Below are positions 19,288 through 28,303 of a stretch of DNA of 64,000 nt, one piece after another. Location: assembly GCA_029560465.1 (NCBI GenBank), contig JAKQKX010000062.1, positions 3,836 to 67,835 of the forward strand, written 5' to 3'. The stretch is from Candidatus Omnitrophota bacterium. Lineage in GTDB: Bacteria; Omnitrophota; Gorgyraeia; Zapsychrales; JANLHA01. The translations under genes and the position numbers were made by a program. The notes under the pieces were generated by a model. It worked only from the letters and a program-made list of their open reading frames with translations. It had not been told where the DNA came from and did no database searches. Position 1 is the first letter of the stretch. Every line of letters starts with the position of its first letter.

Positions 19288-20997
19288 ATGAATGGGAGTT
19301 ATCGGAAATCATTTGGCCAGCTGTTAGTCGAGAAGGGCGTGATCAGCCAGGCCCAGTTACAGGAAGCCCTGGACAAGCAGATCCCACGGGAAGAATTGTT
19401 CCTCGGGACGTTGTTGCGCCTTGGGTTTATCTCCGATGAAAGGAGGGTTTATCCTCTTTTGGCGGACCATCTGAAGGTGGAATACCTGGACTTGAAATCC
19501 TCGCCGATTGACCGGGACGTCCTTCCTCGGGTTCCGGTCATGATGGCCACCCATTATAAGGTGTTCCCGGTCCGTTACGACGCGGGGGCGGGCGTGTTAA
19601 CGGTCGCGACGGCTTATCCGCAAAATATTTTTATCCTGGACGGGCTGCAGATGGCCCATCCGGGGAGGATCAAGGCGGTCCTTTCCCGGGAGGCGGATAT
19701 CCTGGAGGCGATACGGGAATACTACGGAGTCGGGGCTGAGACGATCGCCCAGATGAAGGGCGTGTTGCCCGGCGAAGGGACTCCGGAGGGGAACGTTGAA
19801 GACATCGAGCAGATCGATTCCGATGCTTCGATCGGGAAGTTTATCAATCAGATCCTTTTGGAAGCGTATCGGACCCGGGCCACGGATATTCATATTGAGC
19901 CGTATGAGCGGGATTTAAAAATCCGTTGCCGTATCGATGGCGTCCTTTATGATACCAAAGTCCCGATGAATATTTGGAATTTTAAGGAAGCGATTAATTC
20001 CCGGATTAAGATCATGTCCAACCTCAATATCGCGGAAAAACGTCTTCCTCAGGACGGGCGATTCAAGGTGAAAGTGGGGGGCGTGAGCCTGGATTTGAGG
20101 GTGTCTTTCCTGCCGACGCAGTATGGCGAAAGCGTGGTCATCCGGATTTTGAGCTCCAACCGGCTATATAATATGGATGAACTCGGGCTGAACGCCCGGG
20201 AACAGGAACTCCTGGAGCGGCTTATCCGCAAACCCCACGGCATCGTATTTGTGACCGGCCCGACGGGCAGCGGGAAGACGACGACGCTGTATTCTTGCCT
20301 GGCCCATGTCAACACGGCGGACAAGAAAATCATCACCATCGAAGACCCAGTGGAGTACCAGCTCAACGGCATCACTCAAATTCAAATTAACCCGGCGATC
20401 CACTTGACGTTCAGCCAGGGGTTAAGGTCGATGCTGCGCCATGATCCTGACATCATGATGGTGGGAGAAGTCCGCGACCGGGAGACCGCGGAGATCGCGA
20501 TTCAAATCGCCTTAACCGGGCATTTGGTTTTTTCAACCCTGCACACCAATGACGCCGCCAGCGGCATCACCCGGCTTGTTGATATGGGCGTGGAGCCGTA
20601 TTTGATTTGCAGTTCGGTGGAATGCTTTATCGCGCAAAGGCTGGTGCGGCTTTTGTGCCCTTTGTGTAAAAAGGCTATCCCGGTCACGGAAGATATCCTT
20701 CGGGTTTTGAGGGAGGATGTTCCGGAGGCGCGGCCGCAGACGTTGTTCGAAGCCCAAGGCTGCGAGGCCTGTCATGGGACCGGGTACCACGGCCGGGAAG
20801 GGATTTACGAATTTTTGTCACTCAACGACGCAATCCGGGAGATGGTCCTGGCCCGGGCGACGTCCGCTCAAATAACCAGAAAGGCCGTTGAGCAGGGGAT
20901 GAAGACGCTCCTCAAACACGGATGGGAAAAGGTTTTAGCCGGGAAAACCACTCCAAGCGAGATTATGCGGGTCACGAAGGATGATATGAACTCCTGA
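19288..20997 (+). CDS. gspE: Type II secretion ATPase GspE/PulE
   Basis: ATDIHIEP, EKRLPQDGR, GPTGSGKTT, TIEDPVE, LRHDPDIMMVGEVRD, STLHTND, CPLC..CEAC. Confidence 0.93.
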   Translation: MNGSYRKSFGQLLVEKGVISQAQLQEALDKQIPREELFLGTLLRLGFISDERRVYPLLADHLKVEYLDLKSSPIDRDVLPRVPVMMATHYKVFPVRYDAGAGVLTVATAYPQNIFILDGLQMAHPGRIKAVLSREADILEAIREYYGVGAETIAQMKGVLPGEGTPEGNVEDIEQIDSDASIGKFINQILLEAYRTRATDIHIEPYERDLKIRCRIDGVLYDTKVPMNIWNFKEAINSRIKIMSNLNIAEKRLPQDGRFKVKVGGVSLDLRVSFLPTQYGESVVIRILSSNRLYNMDELGLNAREQELLERLIRKPHGIVFVTGPTGSGKTTTLYSCLAHVNTADKKIITIEDPVEYQLNGITQIQINPAIHLTFSQGLRSMLRHDPDIMMVGEVRDRETAEIAIQIALTGHLVFSTLHTNDAASGITRLVDMGVEPYLICSSVECFIAQRLVRLLCPLCKKAIPVTEDILRVLREDVPEARPQTLFEAQGCEACHGTGYHGREGIYEFLSLNDAIREMVLARATSAQITRKAVEQGMKTLLKHGWEKVLAGKTTPSEIMRVTKDDMNS

Positions 20998-21022
20998 CGG
21001 CCAGGCCGGCTTGAGATACGGT

Positions 21023-22246
21023 ATGGGACAATTTTTTTATAAAGCCAAGCAGGGCCCTTCCAAAATCATTGAAGGGGTCATTGAAGCGGATCATGAAGCG
21101 ATGGCGGTCAGCCGCATCCTTCGGATGGGGTACACGCCTTTGAATGTGCGGGCGGCGCCAGCGGCGGGCAAGAAAATCAAGGGCGCTGGCCTGCCGATGT
21201 CGGCGGGCATCAGGGGTCGGCCCCAGGATGTCATGATCTTCACCCGGCAGATGAGCGACCTTGTGAGCGCCGGGGTGCCGGTTTTAAGGGCGTTATCTCT
21301 TGTGGATAAGCAGCTTAAGAACAAAAGGCTCAAAGATGCCGTCGGGCAAATGATCGCCGTGGTTGAAGACGGGGGCCCGTTATCCTCGGCCTTGGCCAAG
21401 TTCCCGGGGATTTTTTCCCCGTTATATATCAATATCGTCCGTTCGGGCGAAGTCGGCGGCAACCTGGAGGTTGTCCTGGCCAGGTTATCGGATTTTATAG
21501 AAAAGGATTATGATATCCAGGCGCAGGTCAAGACCAGTTTGATGTATCCGGGGCTGATCCTTTTTGTCGGAGGGGCCACAATATTTGTCATTTTGACGTG
21601 GGTCATCCCGAAGATCTCAACGATCTTCATTGACATGAACGAATCCCTGCCTCTGGTCACAACGGCGCTTTTGGCGGTCAGCCGTTTCCTGGCCCGGTTC
21701 TGGTGGGCGCTGGGGGCTGTCTTCCTTCTGGCCGTGGTTCAGTTGAGGAGGGCCTACGCGACCCCTGAAGGGAAACTGTGGCTCGACAGCTTGAAGCTGA
21801 AGATCCCGGTCGTCGGGCCGTTTATCCAGGACGTGGAAGTCGGACGCTTCGCCCGGACGCTTGGCACGTTGCTCGCCAACGGTGTCACGGTTGTCACGGC
21901 TATTGACACGGTTTGCCAGGCCGTTGATAATGAAATTTTTAAACAGGACGTCCTTCGGATGAATCGTCTGCTGACCGGGGGGGGGAGTTTAACGCAGGTG
22001 ATGCAGTCTTGCGCGTTCTTCCCGGAAACGGCTGTGAATATGGTCGCCATCGGGGAAGAAACCGGTCAGCTGCATCAGGGGTTGCTGAAACTGGCGGCTT
22101 ATTATGAACACCAGTCAGAGCGGACCATGAAACGGGTGACCAGCCTTATAGAGCCCGTGCTGATTCTGGTGATGGGGGTTTTTATCGGGTTTATAGTCTT
22201 GGGGATGCTGATGCCGATTTTTAGAATGAATCTTATAATCCGATAA
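21023..22246 (+). CDS. gspF: Type II secretion inner-membrane platform protein GspF
   Basis: FTRQMSDLVSAGVP, SGEVGGNL, YP, RFARTLGTLLANGV, GEETGQL, LIEP. Confidence 0.93.
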   Translation: MGQFFYKAKQGPSKIIEGVIEADHEAMAVSRILRMGYTPLNVRAAPAAGKKIKGAGLPMSAGIRGRPQDVMIFTRQMSDLVSAGVPVLRALSLVDKQLKNKRLKDAVGQMIAVVEDGGPLSSALAKFPGIFSPLYINIVRSGEVGGNLEVVLARLSDFIEKDYDIQAQVKTSLMYPGLILFVGGATIFVILTWVIPKISTIFIDMNESLPLVTTALLAVSRFLARFWWALGAVFLLAVVQLRRAYATPEGKLWLDSLKLKIPVVGPFIQDVEVGRFARTLGTLLANGVTVVTAIDTVCQAVDNEIFKQDVLRMNRLLTGGGSLTQVMQSCAFFPETAVNMVAIGEETGQLHQGLLKLAAYYEHQSERTMKRVTSLIEPVLILVMGVFIGFIVLGMLMPIFRMNLIIR

Positions 22247-22282
22247 GACACACGGGATTGCCCAGAAGAGGGGGATGGAGTC

Positions 22283-22723
22283 ATGACGCAGAAAAGATGT
22301 GGCGGGGCCAGGGGGTTTACCCTTGTGGAGATTCTCCTGGTGGTTGTTATCATCGGGGTTTTGGCGGCCATGGTGGTGCCGAATTTTTCCGGGAAAAAAT
22401 CAAAGGCCCAGCAGGCCGCGGCGGTGGCGGACATCGAGGCCAATCTGGCCGTCGCGCTGGACATGTATGAGCTGGATGTCGGGCGGTTCCCCACCACGGA
22501 ACAGGGCCTGAAAGCTTTAATTGAAACCCCGTCTACGCCTCCGGTCCCGGAGACCTGGGGCGGCCCGTATCTTAAGAAGAAAACGATTCCGCTCGACCCT
22601 TGGGGGCAGGAATATAATTACAGGTCCCCGGGGACGCAGAATCAGGAAAGTTATGACCTCTTTTCTTACGGCGCCGACGGTGTGGAAAGCAATGATGATA
22701 TTGCCAATTGGCAAAAGGAATAG
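22283..22723 (+). CDS. gspG: Major pseudopilin GspG
   Basis: G-FTLVE prepilin site; ALDMYELDVGRFPTTEQGL; DPWGQEYNY; DLFSYGADG. Confidence 0.93.
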   Translation: MTQKRCGGARGFTLVEILLVVVIIGVLAAMVVPNFSGKKSKAQQAAAVADIEANLAVALDMYELDVGRFPTTEQGLKALIETPSTPPVPETWGGPYLKKKTIPLDPWGQEYNYRSPGTQNQESYDLFSYGADGVESNDDIANWQKE

Positions 22724-23243
22724 GGGCGGGCCTTGTCTGGGGCATGGGAATGGCCGTGCTTTCACGCTGATCGAGATGGTGTTGGCCGTTTCCATTATTG
22801 CGGTTCTGGCCGGCGTGGCGCTTCCTCATTTCGGCCGGTCTTGGTCGCGGATTAAACTTCGGAATGCCGCTGATGAGTTATCGTATATGATGCGTTTCGC
22901 TCAGAGCCAGGCCATCCGTAAGGGGGCGCATGTCAGGTTGACGTTTGCGCGGGACGCGCATACCTATTATTTGCAACAGGGGGCCCTGGAGACCGGAGAA
23001 ATCGTGTCCTACGAGTCTTTGTCGGGGCGGTGGGGCCGGAATGTTCCCGTTCCACAGGATATCGAGGTGGCGGTGAGCGCCGATGGAGTGGTTTTCGCGC
23101 CGGATGGCCGTATTGCCCCTTTCCAATGCCAGTTTTGCCGGCGGGTGGATTGTTATCTTGTGTCAACGGCGGGCTCCCGGGGGATGGTTGATGTCTGGTT
23201 TTTTCAGCGGTCCCTTGGCCCAGCGGGGCAGGAGTATCGATGA
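22695..23243 (+). CDS. gspH: Minor pseudopilin GspH/FimT-like (start uncertain)
   Basis: A-FTLIEMVLAVSIIAVL; AQSQAI; VVFAPDG; follows gspG. Confidence 0.78.
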   Translation: MILPIGKRNRGGPCLGHGNGRAFTLIEMVLAVSIIAVLAGVALPHFGRSWSRIKLRNAADELSYMMRFAQSQAIRKGAHVRLTFARDAHTYYLQQGALETGEIVSYESLSGRWGRNVPVPQDIEVAVSADGVVFAPDGRIAPFQCQFCRRVDCYLVSTAGSRGMVDVWFFQRSLGPAGQEYR

Positions 23244-23665
23244 AGGACAAAAGAGTTATGACGCGCGCTTCTGGTCGCCGAGGAGTGTTGTCTCCATCGG
23301 GGGTCGTCCTCCTGGAGGTGCTGTTGGCCATGGCGGTCTTTTCCATAAGCATTGTGTTCCTGATCAATTCCCTGGCACAGAGTTTCCGGGCCACGGTCTA
23401 CAGCCGGGATTACACAGAGGCCCTTTTTGAGGCGGATAACCTTATGGCCCATATCTGGGCCAGGGGCATGATGGAGCGACAGAATCAGGAAGAAGGTGCG
23501 CTCCCGGCGAGGCCGGGGGACTTTAAGTACCGGATTCGGGCGTCCCAGAGCGCGGATAAGAATGTGGGTGAATGGTTGAATGAATTTTTTGTGGAAGTGT
23601 CGTGGATATTGGGAGGCAAGAAACGTGCGTTTTCTTGGCGCGGCTTTATTTTTGACGCGTCATAA
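23240..23665 (+). CDS. gspI: Minor pseudopilin GspI-like
   Basis: G-VVLLEVLLAMAV; C-terminal VEVSW; gene order. Confidence 0.72.
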   Translation: MKDKRVMTRASGRRGVLSPSGVVLLEVLLAMAVFSISIVFLINSLAQSFRATVYSRDYTEALFEADNLMAHIWARGMMERQNQEEGALPARPGDFKYRIRASQSADKNVGEWLNEFFVEVSWILGGKKRAFSWRGFIFDAS

Positions 23666-23678
23666 AGACGTTTTTATT

Positions 23679-24431
23679 ATGGTAGCGGGTTCCGCGCTCC
23701 CGGCCCGGGAGGGCCGGTTCCCGCGGGCGCGAGGCTTTACGTTCATTGAAATACTCTTGGCTTTAATGCTGGTGTCTGTTTTAGCCGGGAGCCTGTATGC
23801 CACATACGCCGCGGGGATACAGATTCATAAACGCGCTCAGAAACTAGAACAGTGGTCCCGTTCGGCGTCCTGGTCTTTTGACGCGATGGCCTTAGATTTG
23901 GAAAATATGTTGCCGTATCACACTCCGGAGGGATCGGCCGCGGCCCCTGATGATTTTTTTGAAGGGACGTCAACCGGGTTGAAACTGCTGTGTGCCGGGG
24001 AAGGGGGGTTAAAAGAGGTCAGGTATTTTCTGAAAGACGCCGATTACGGGACCGTGCACACCGTGATCGTGGGGGCCCGGTCCCGCGCGGTTAATGGGCC
24101 TGTCACGGTCGAGACGAGCGAACAGGGCCGGGTACAATTTCTTGTCCGGGAAGAAAGGGTGTTTCCGTCCGTGGAAGGGGCGGCCGAAATGCCTCCGGGG
24201 GGGGAAGCGGAAATCCTTAACCGCTATGTTTTGAAAGACAGCCTGAAATTTTTCTTCGCGGGAACCTCCCGGGCCGCGGCCCGGGAGGATATCCCGTGGG
24301 AAACAACGTGGAAAAAGCCGGCTTTCCCGTCTTTGGTGCGCGTTGAGATGACGCTGGTCAACCCCCAAGAGCCGGAAGAAACGGTTCGCCTGCAAAAGGA
24401 TGTTTTTGTCCCTTCCGGCGCGTGGAAATAA
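23679..24431 (+). CDS. gspJ: Minor pseudopilin GspJ-like
   Basis: G-FTFIEILLALML; DLEN; C-terminal W...PSLVRVEMT. Confidence 0.78.
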   Translation: MVAGSALPAREGRFPRARGFTFIEILLALMLVSVLAGSLYATYAAGIQIHKRAQKLEQWSRSASWSFDAMALDLENMLPYHTPEGSAAAPDDFFEGTSTGLKLLCAGEGGLKEVRYFLKDADYGTVHTVIVGARSRAVNGPVTVETSEQGRVQFLVREERVFPSVEGAAEMPPGGEAEILNRYVLKDSLKFFFAGTSRAAAREDIPWETTWKKPAFPSLVRVEMTLVNPQEPEETVRLQKDVFVPSGAWK

Positions 24432-24477
24432 TCCGGCGTGGCCGGGGGTGTTTTTGGGAAGGGCAAGGGGGATTGTT

Positions 24478-25647
24478 ATGAAAGAAAAAGGCGTCCGCCC
24501 GCATATTAAGGAATGGGAGAAGGGGCGCCCCTGGAAAAATCTGCAGGGGCCGGGGGCGGGATTTTTGAAGGATCAGTCCGGCGTTATATTGATTGTCGTC
24601 CTTTGGATCGTCGCGATCCTTTCTGTTTTTATCCTGGGATTGGGCCGCCGGGCCAGTGTTGACCTGGCGCTGACCCAATATCAGAGGGAAAAGTTTAAAG
24701 CCGGGCACACGGCCATCGCCGGGATTGTTTATGCCATGGCGTGTATCCGGAAAGACAGCCTTGCCCCGGAAACCCGCATCTTTGATACGCTTTATCAGCG
24801 GGGCGTGAAATTGGATGAAAATCAGGCCGTGGAAGACCTTTTCAGCCAGGTCTCTTCCGGCGACGGATATTTTGAAATCCGGCATTGGGAAGGGGGCGAG
24901 GACGGGGCCGCAGAGAGGGTGTTCGGGTTTGAAGACGAAGAGAGCAAAATTAACGTGAACTTGCTTTCTCCTCAGAATTATAAAGTGCTCAGCGCGTTGA
25001 TCACTTATTTCGGTTTTGAGGAGGATGCCGCCGACGTCATCGCGTCCGCGGTTATAGACTGGAAAGACAGTGACGACAACACCTTTAACGCGCCATACGG
25101 GGCGGAGAGGGATTTTTACCAGCATCTGGGGCCTCCCAGGGACTGCAAGAATTATCCTTTTGAAAGCGTCGAGGAAATGCGTTTGGTGCGGGGGATGACG
25201 GACGAGATTTTTAAGAAGATCAAGCCTTATATCACGGTTTATCCGTCATCCGGCCGTTTCCAGGTGAACCTGGAGACAGCGCCCCGTCCGGTCCTGACCG
25301 CTTTGGCCCGGGCCGTGGCCGGCAACCAGACCAACACGGAAAAGGAGGATGCCGACGGGGTGGTGGAGAAGATCCTGCAAAACCGGCTGGGAGAGGACGG
25401 GCGCGCTGCGACGGCGGATGACAGGATTTTTGATATCAATCAGCTTTCCCTTAACACCGAAGAACGGATTGTCGCTTTGATGATGTATCAGAACATGGCC
25501 AGGACCTCTGATTATTTTCGTGTTTCGGTGAACGGGTTCTCCGGCCCTGGCGGGGCGCTGTCCAAGATTGAAGCGGTGGTTTCCAGGTCCAACCTGTCGA
25601 TCCTGTACTGGAAAAGGCACGAACCTTTTGCACGAGCGGAAGAATGA
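24478..25647 (+). CDS. gspK: Minor pseudopilin GspK
   Basis: G-VILIVVLW; DEESKINVN; IDWKDSD; FESVEEMRLVRGM; VNLETAP. Confidence 0.88.
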   Translation: MKEKGVRPHIKEWEKGRPWKNLQGPGAGFLKDQSGVILIVVLWIVAILSVFILGLGRRASVDLALTQYQREKFKAGHTAIAGIVYAMACIRKDSLAPETRIFDTLYQRGVKLDENQAVEDLFSQVSSGDGYFEIRHWEGGEDGAAERVFGFEDEESKINVNLLSPQNYKVLSALITYFGFEEDAADVIASAVIDWKDSDDNTFNAPYGAERDFYQHLGPPRDCKNYPFESVEEMRLVRGMTDEIFKKIKPYITVYPSSGRFQVNLETAPRPVLTALARAVAGNQTNTEKEDADGVVEKILQNRLGEDGRAATADDRIFDINQLSLNTEERIVALMMYQNMARTSDYFRVSVNGFSGPGGALSKIEAVVSRSNLSILYWKRHEPFARAEE

Positions 25648-27095
25648 GTAATAAATATAAGACTGTTTTATTGATAACGGATACAGACATAAAAATTCTG
25701 CAGGCCAAAGCGCAGCGGGGGGGCGCGGAGCCTTTTTATTCTTTTGTTAAAGCGCGGGCGCACCCGTCGCCCGAGTTTTTACAATCAGCCCTTCGTGAAG
25801 GGCTCCCCGCTTCTTTAAAGCGGATAGGGCAGGTTGTGTTGCTTATTTCCCGGCGGCAGGTTTTGATGTTGCCGGCACGCTTCCCTTCCCATTCCGGGGC
25901 GGAAATCCAGCGCATGGTCGATTTGCAGGTCAGCCATCTGACTCCCTTTGCCCGGGAGGAGATCGTAATCTGTCACTCGGTGGTTGACCGGGAACCCGAT
26001 GGATATGCGCGGGTGCTGATCCAGGCGGCCCCTCAAGATCTTGTTTTGAGCTATCTTCGCCTCCTTGCCGGCAGGAACGTGCCGTGTCATCAAGTGATCC
26101 TGAGCTCGGTCGGGGTTGGGGCATGGTACAGGAAAAATGTGTTGGCCCCGGGAGAGGACGCCGGCCGGGTCGTGGCGATCTTGGATGTGGACCGCCGGGG
26201 ATCAGAGCTTTGTTTCCTGCGGGACGACACGCTTTTGTTTTCCAGGTATTTGCCGTTCGGGCATGAGGAAGAAAGCCCGGAGGCGATGTCCTCCTTGGCG
26301 GAGCAGGTCCTTTTAACAGTCGAAGCCTATCGTCGCGAATGTATGGGCGGCCCGATATCCCGCTGCATTATCATGTCAGATGCGGATTTGAGCCGGGTGA
26401 AAGATCTTATCAACGGCCTTGATATCGCGCCGGCGGTAGACCTTGTGTCTGTGCGCCAGCGGACTTTGGGCAAGATGCGGAAGCCCCCGGCCGGCCTTCT
26501 TGCTGAGCCCGTGTCCTGGACCGCCCTCCTGGGAGCGCTTTCCGACGGGCTACCTAAAGAGGCGAACCTGCTCCCGGGGGAGATCATCCGGATTAAGTCG
26601 TCGACGCTTAAACGCCGGGCAAGGATCCGCTTTGTTGCCGTTCTGCTGGGCACGTTGGGGGTGCTGTGGGGAGCCCTCAATCTGGATAATTTCCAGAAAG
26701 AGCGGAAGCTGGCCCATCTGAAAGATGCCCTTCAGGCGCAACAGGTGAGCGTCAGGAAAGCGCAGGAGAATATCGAGGCGATCGAAGCGTTACAGGTTAA
26801 GTTGCGCAGCCGGGTTGTTTTGGTAGACATCCTCCGGGGGCTTTACGAAAAAGTGCCGGAACCTATTTCTTTGCGTTCGTTGCAGCTTGACCATAAAGGG
26901 ACGGTCATCCTGCAGGGGTTTGGGGAATCACGAAGCGCGGTGAACCAATTTCACAATAATTTGGTCAGCTCCGCGATGTTTCAGAATGTCGCTTTGGAAT
27001 ATGCCACGGAACGGAAACAATATAAAGAAGAATATGTCGAATTCAAGATTTTATGCCAGTTATCCCGGGACGAGAAGAAGAGGGCCGAGCCATGA
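25644..27095 (+). CDS. gspL: GspL / PilM-PilN-like assembly protein
   Basis: Actin-like cytoplasmic domain, ANLLP before a TM helix, coiled coil and PilN-like C-domain. Confidence 0.75.
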   Translation: MSNKYKTVLLITDTDIKILQAKAQRGGAEPFYSFVKARAHPSPEFLQSALREGLPASLKRIGQVVLLISRRQVLMLPARFPSHSGAEIQRMVDLQVSHLTPFAREEIVICHSVVDREPDGYARVLIQAAPQDLVLSYLRLLAGRNVPCHQVILSSVGVGAWYRKNVLAPGEDAGRVVAILDVDRRGSELCFLRDDTLLFSRYLPFGHEEESPEAMSSLAEQVLLTVEAYRRECMGGPISRCIIMSDADLSRVKDLINGLDIAPAVDLVSVRQRTLGKMRKPPAGLLAEPVSWTALLGALSDGLPKEANLLPGEIIRIKSSTLKRRARIRFVAVLLGTLGVLWGALNLDNFQKERKLAHLKDALQAQQVSVRKAQENIEAIEALQVKLRSRVVLVDILRGLYEKVPEPISLRSLQLDHKGTVILQGFGESRSAVNQFHNNLVSSAMFQNVALEYATERKQYKEEYVEFKILCQLSRDEKKRAEP

Positions 27096-27625
27096 TGCAT
27101 TTTCAGTTTAGCGCGAGGGAAAAGAAAGTCCTTATCGTTTCTCTGGCGTTGCTCTCAGTCTATTTGGTTAAAACATGGGTTGTGGAGCCCGTTCAAACCC
27201 GGGCTGAGTGGCTTGACCGGCAAATCCGGAATACGGAACAGAAACTGTTAACCGCGTCCCGCACGATCCGCAAGAGCCAGGTTGTCCAGCGCCGGTATAA
27301 GGTCTTGCTGGACAATTACCGGCAGAATCGGTCCAACGAAGAGGTGATGTCTGGAATTTTGACTGAAATTGAAGCCATCGCCGCGGGTAACAGTTTAAGC
27401 ATTTCTGATCTTAAGCCGAATAAACCCAAAATAATTAATTATTATAAAGAGTTTTCTGTGAGCCTGGTTCTGGAGGGGGACTTCACCCAGGTGATGGAAT
27501 TTATTTTTAAATTGCAAAAAGAGCCCTATGATTATTTTGTGGATGAAGCCGAAATCAGTAAACATTCTCCGCGGACCAGCGGGCTGCGGTGCCGTTTTGT
27601 CTTAAGCAAAGTCTTAATTCCTTGA
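27092..27625 (+). CDS. gspM: GspM/PilO-like protein
   Basis: SAREK then TM; LEGDFTQVMEFIFKLQ. Confidence 0.75.
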   Translation: MMHFQFSAREKKVLIVSLALLSVYLVKTWVVEPVQTRAEWLDRQIRNTEQKLLTASRTIRKSQVVQRRYKVLLDNYRQNRSNEEVMSGILTEIEAIAAGNSLSISDLKPNKPKIINYYKEFSVSLVLEGDFTQVMEFIFKLQKEPYDYFVDEAEISKHSPRTSGLRCRFVLSKVLIP

Positions 27626-27769
27626 CATAATTTCATATATGCTTGACACCTTGTGACACTTATGACAGAGTACTCATAGAATTGGCCGGAGGAGCAAAAA
27701 AGATAAAAATGGCTGAAATTGTTAATTCCGGGTGCGACGCTGGCGGCGCAGGGGAAGTGCAGGGGCGGG

Positions 27770-28255
27770 ATGCTTAAGAAGATAACACAGGTTCTGCAGG
27801 TTGTGGCTATCATGGTGCTCGCGTACTGTGCCGCGCGCTGGTATGCGTTTACAGAACCGGAGCCCCTTCCGGTTTTGGACGGCGGTCGTTTTGAGCAGAA
27901 AACAGGTGTCCGGGACGACGTTGCCCTGAACTCCCGGGCGTCCTTCGCAGAGTACCGCCAGGTTTTTTCTCAAAGAGAGATTTTTGTGATGCCTTACGCG
28001 AAAGAGGCTCCGGCCCCGAAGGCCCAAGCCGTTGAATCCCCGGTCGCGCAAAAAGCCCATTTGGTCGATTTCCGGCTGCGGGGGGTTGTGCTGGATCAGC
28101 AGCCGCAGGCTATTGTAGAAGACTTGAGCAACAAACAGACATTGTTCCTGTCCCCGGGAGATTTGCTCGGGCAGGGCACTTTAAAGGAAGTCCGGGAAGA
28201 CCGTATTATTGTGGTGGTTCATGATGCGTCGTTGGAACTGCTTATGGAAGATTGA
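27770..28255 (+). CDS. GspC/PilP-like protein
   Basis: N-terminal TM; FRLRGVV..QAIVED..TLFLSPGD HR-like domain; directly upstream of the secretin. Confidence 0.65.
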   Translation: MLKKITQVLQVVAIMVLAYCAARWYAFTEPEPLPVLDGGRFEQKTGVRDDVALNSRASFAEYRQVFSQREIFVMPYAKEAPAPKAQAVESPVAQKAHLVDFRLRGVVLDQQPQAIVEDLSNKQTLFLSPGDLLGQGTLKEVREDRIIVVVHDASLELLMED

Positions 28256-28303
28256 GGGGGCTGGCCGGCGCGCCGACAAGAACTGAGGGGAGCCTGAAGG
28301 GTT

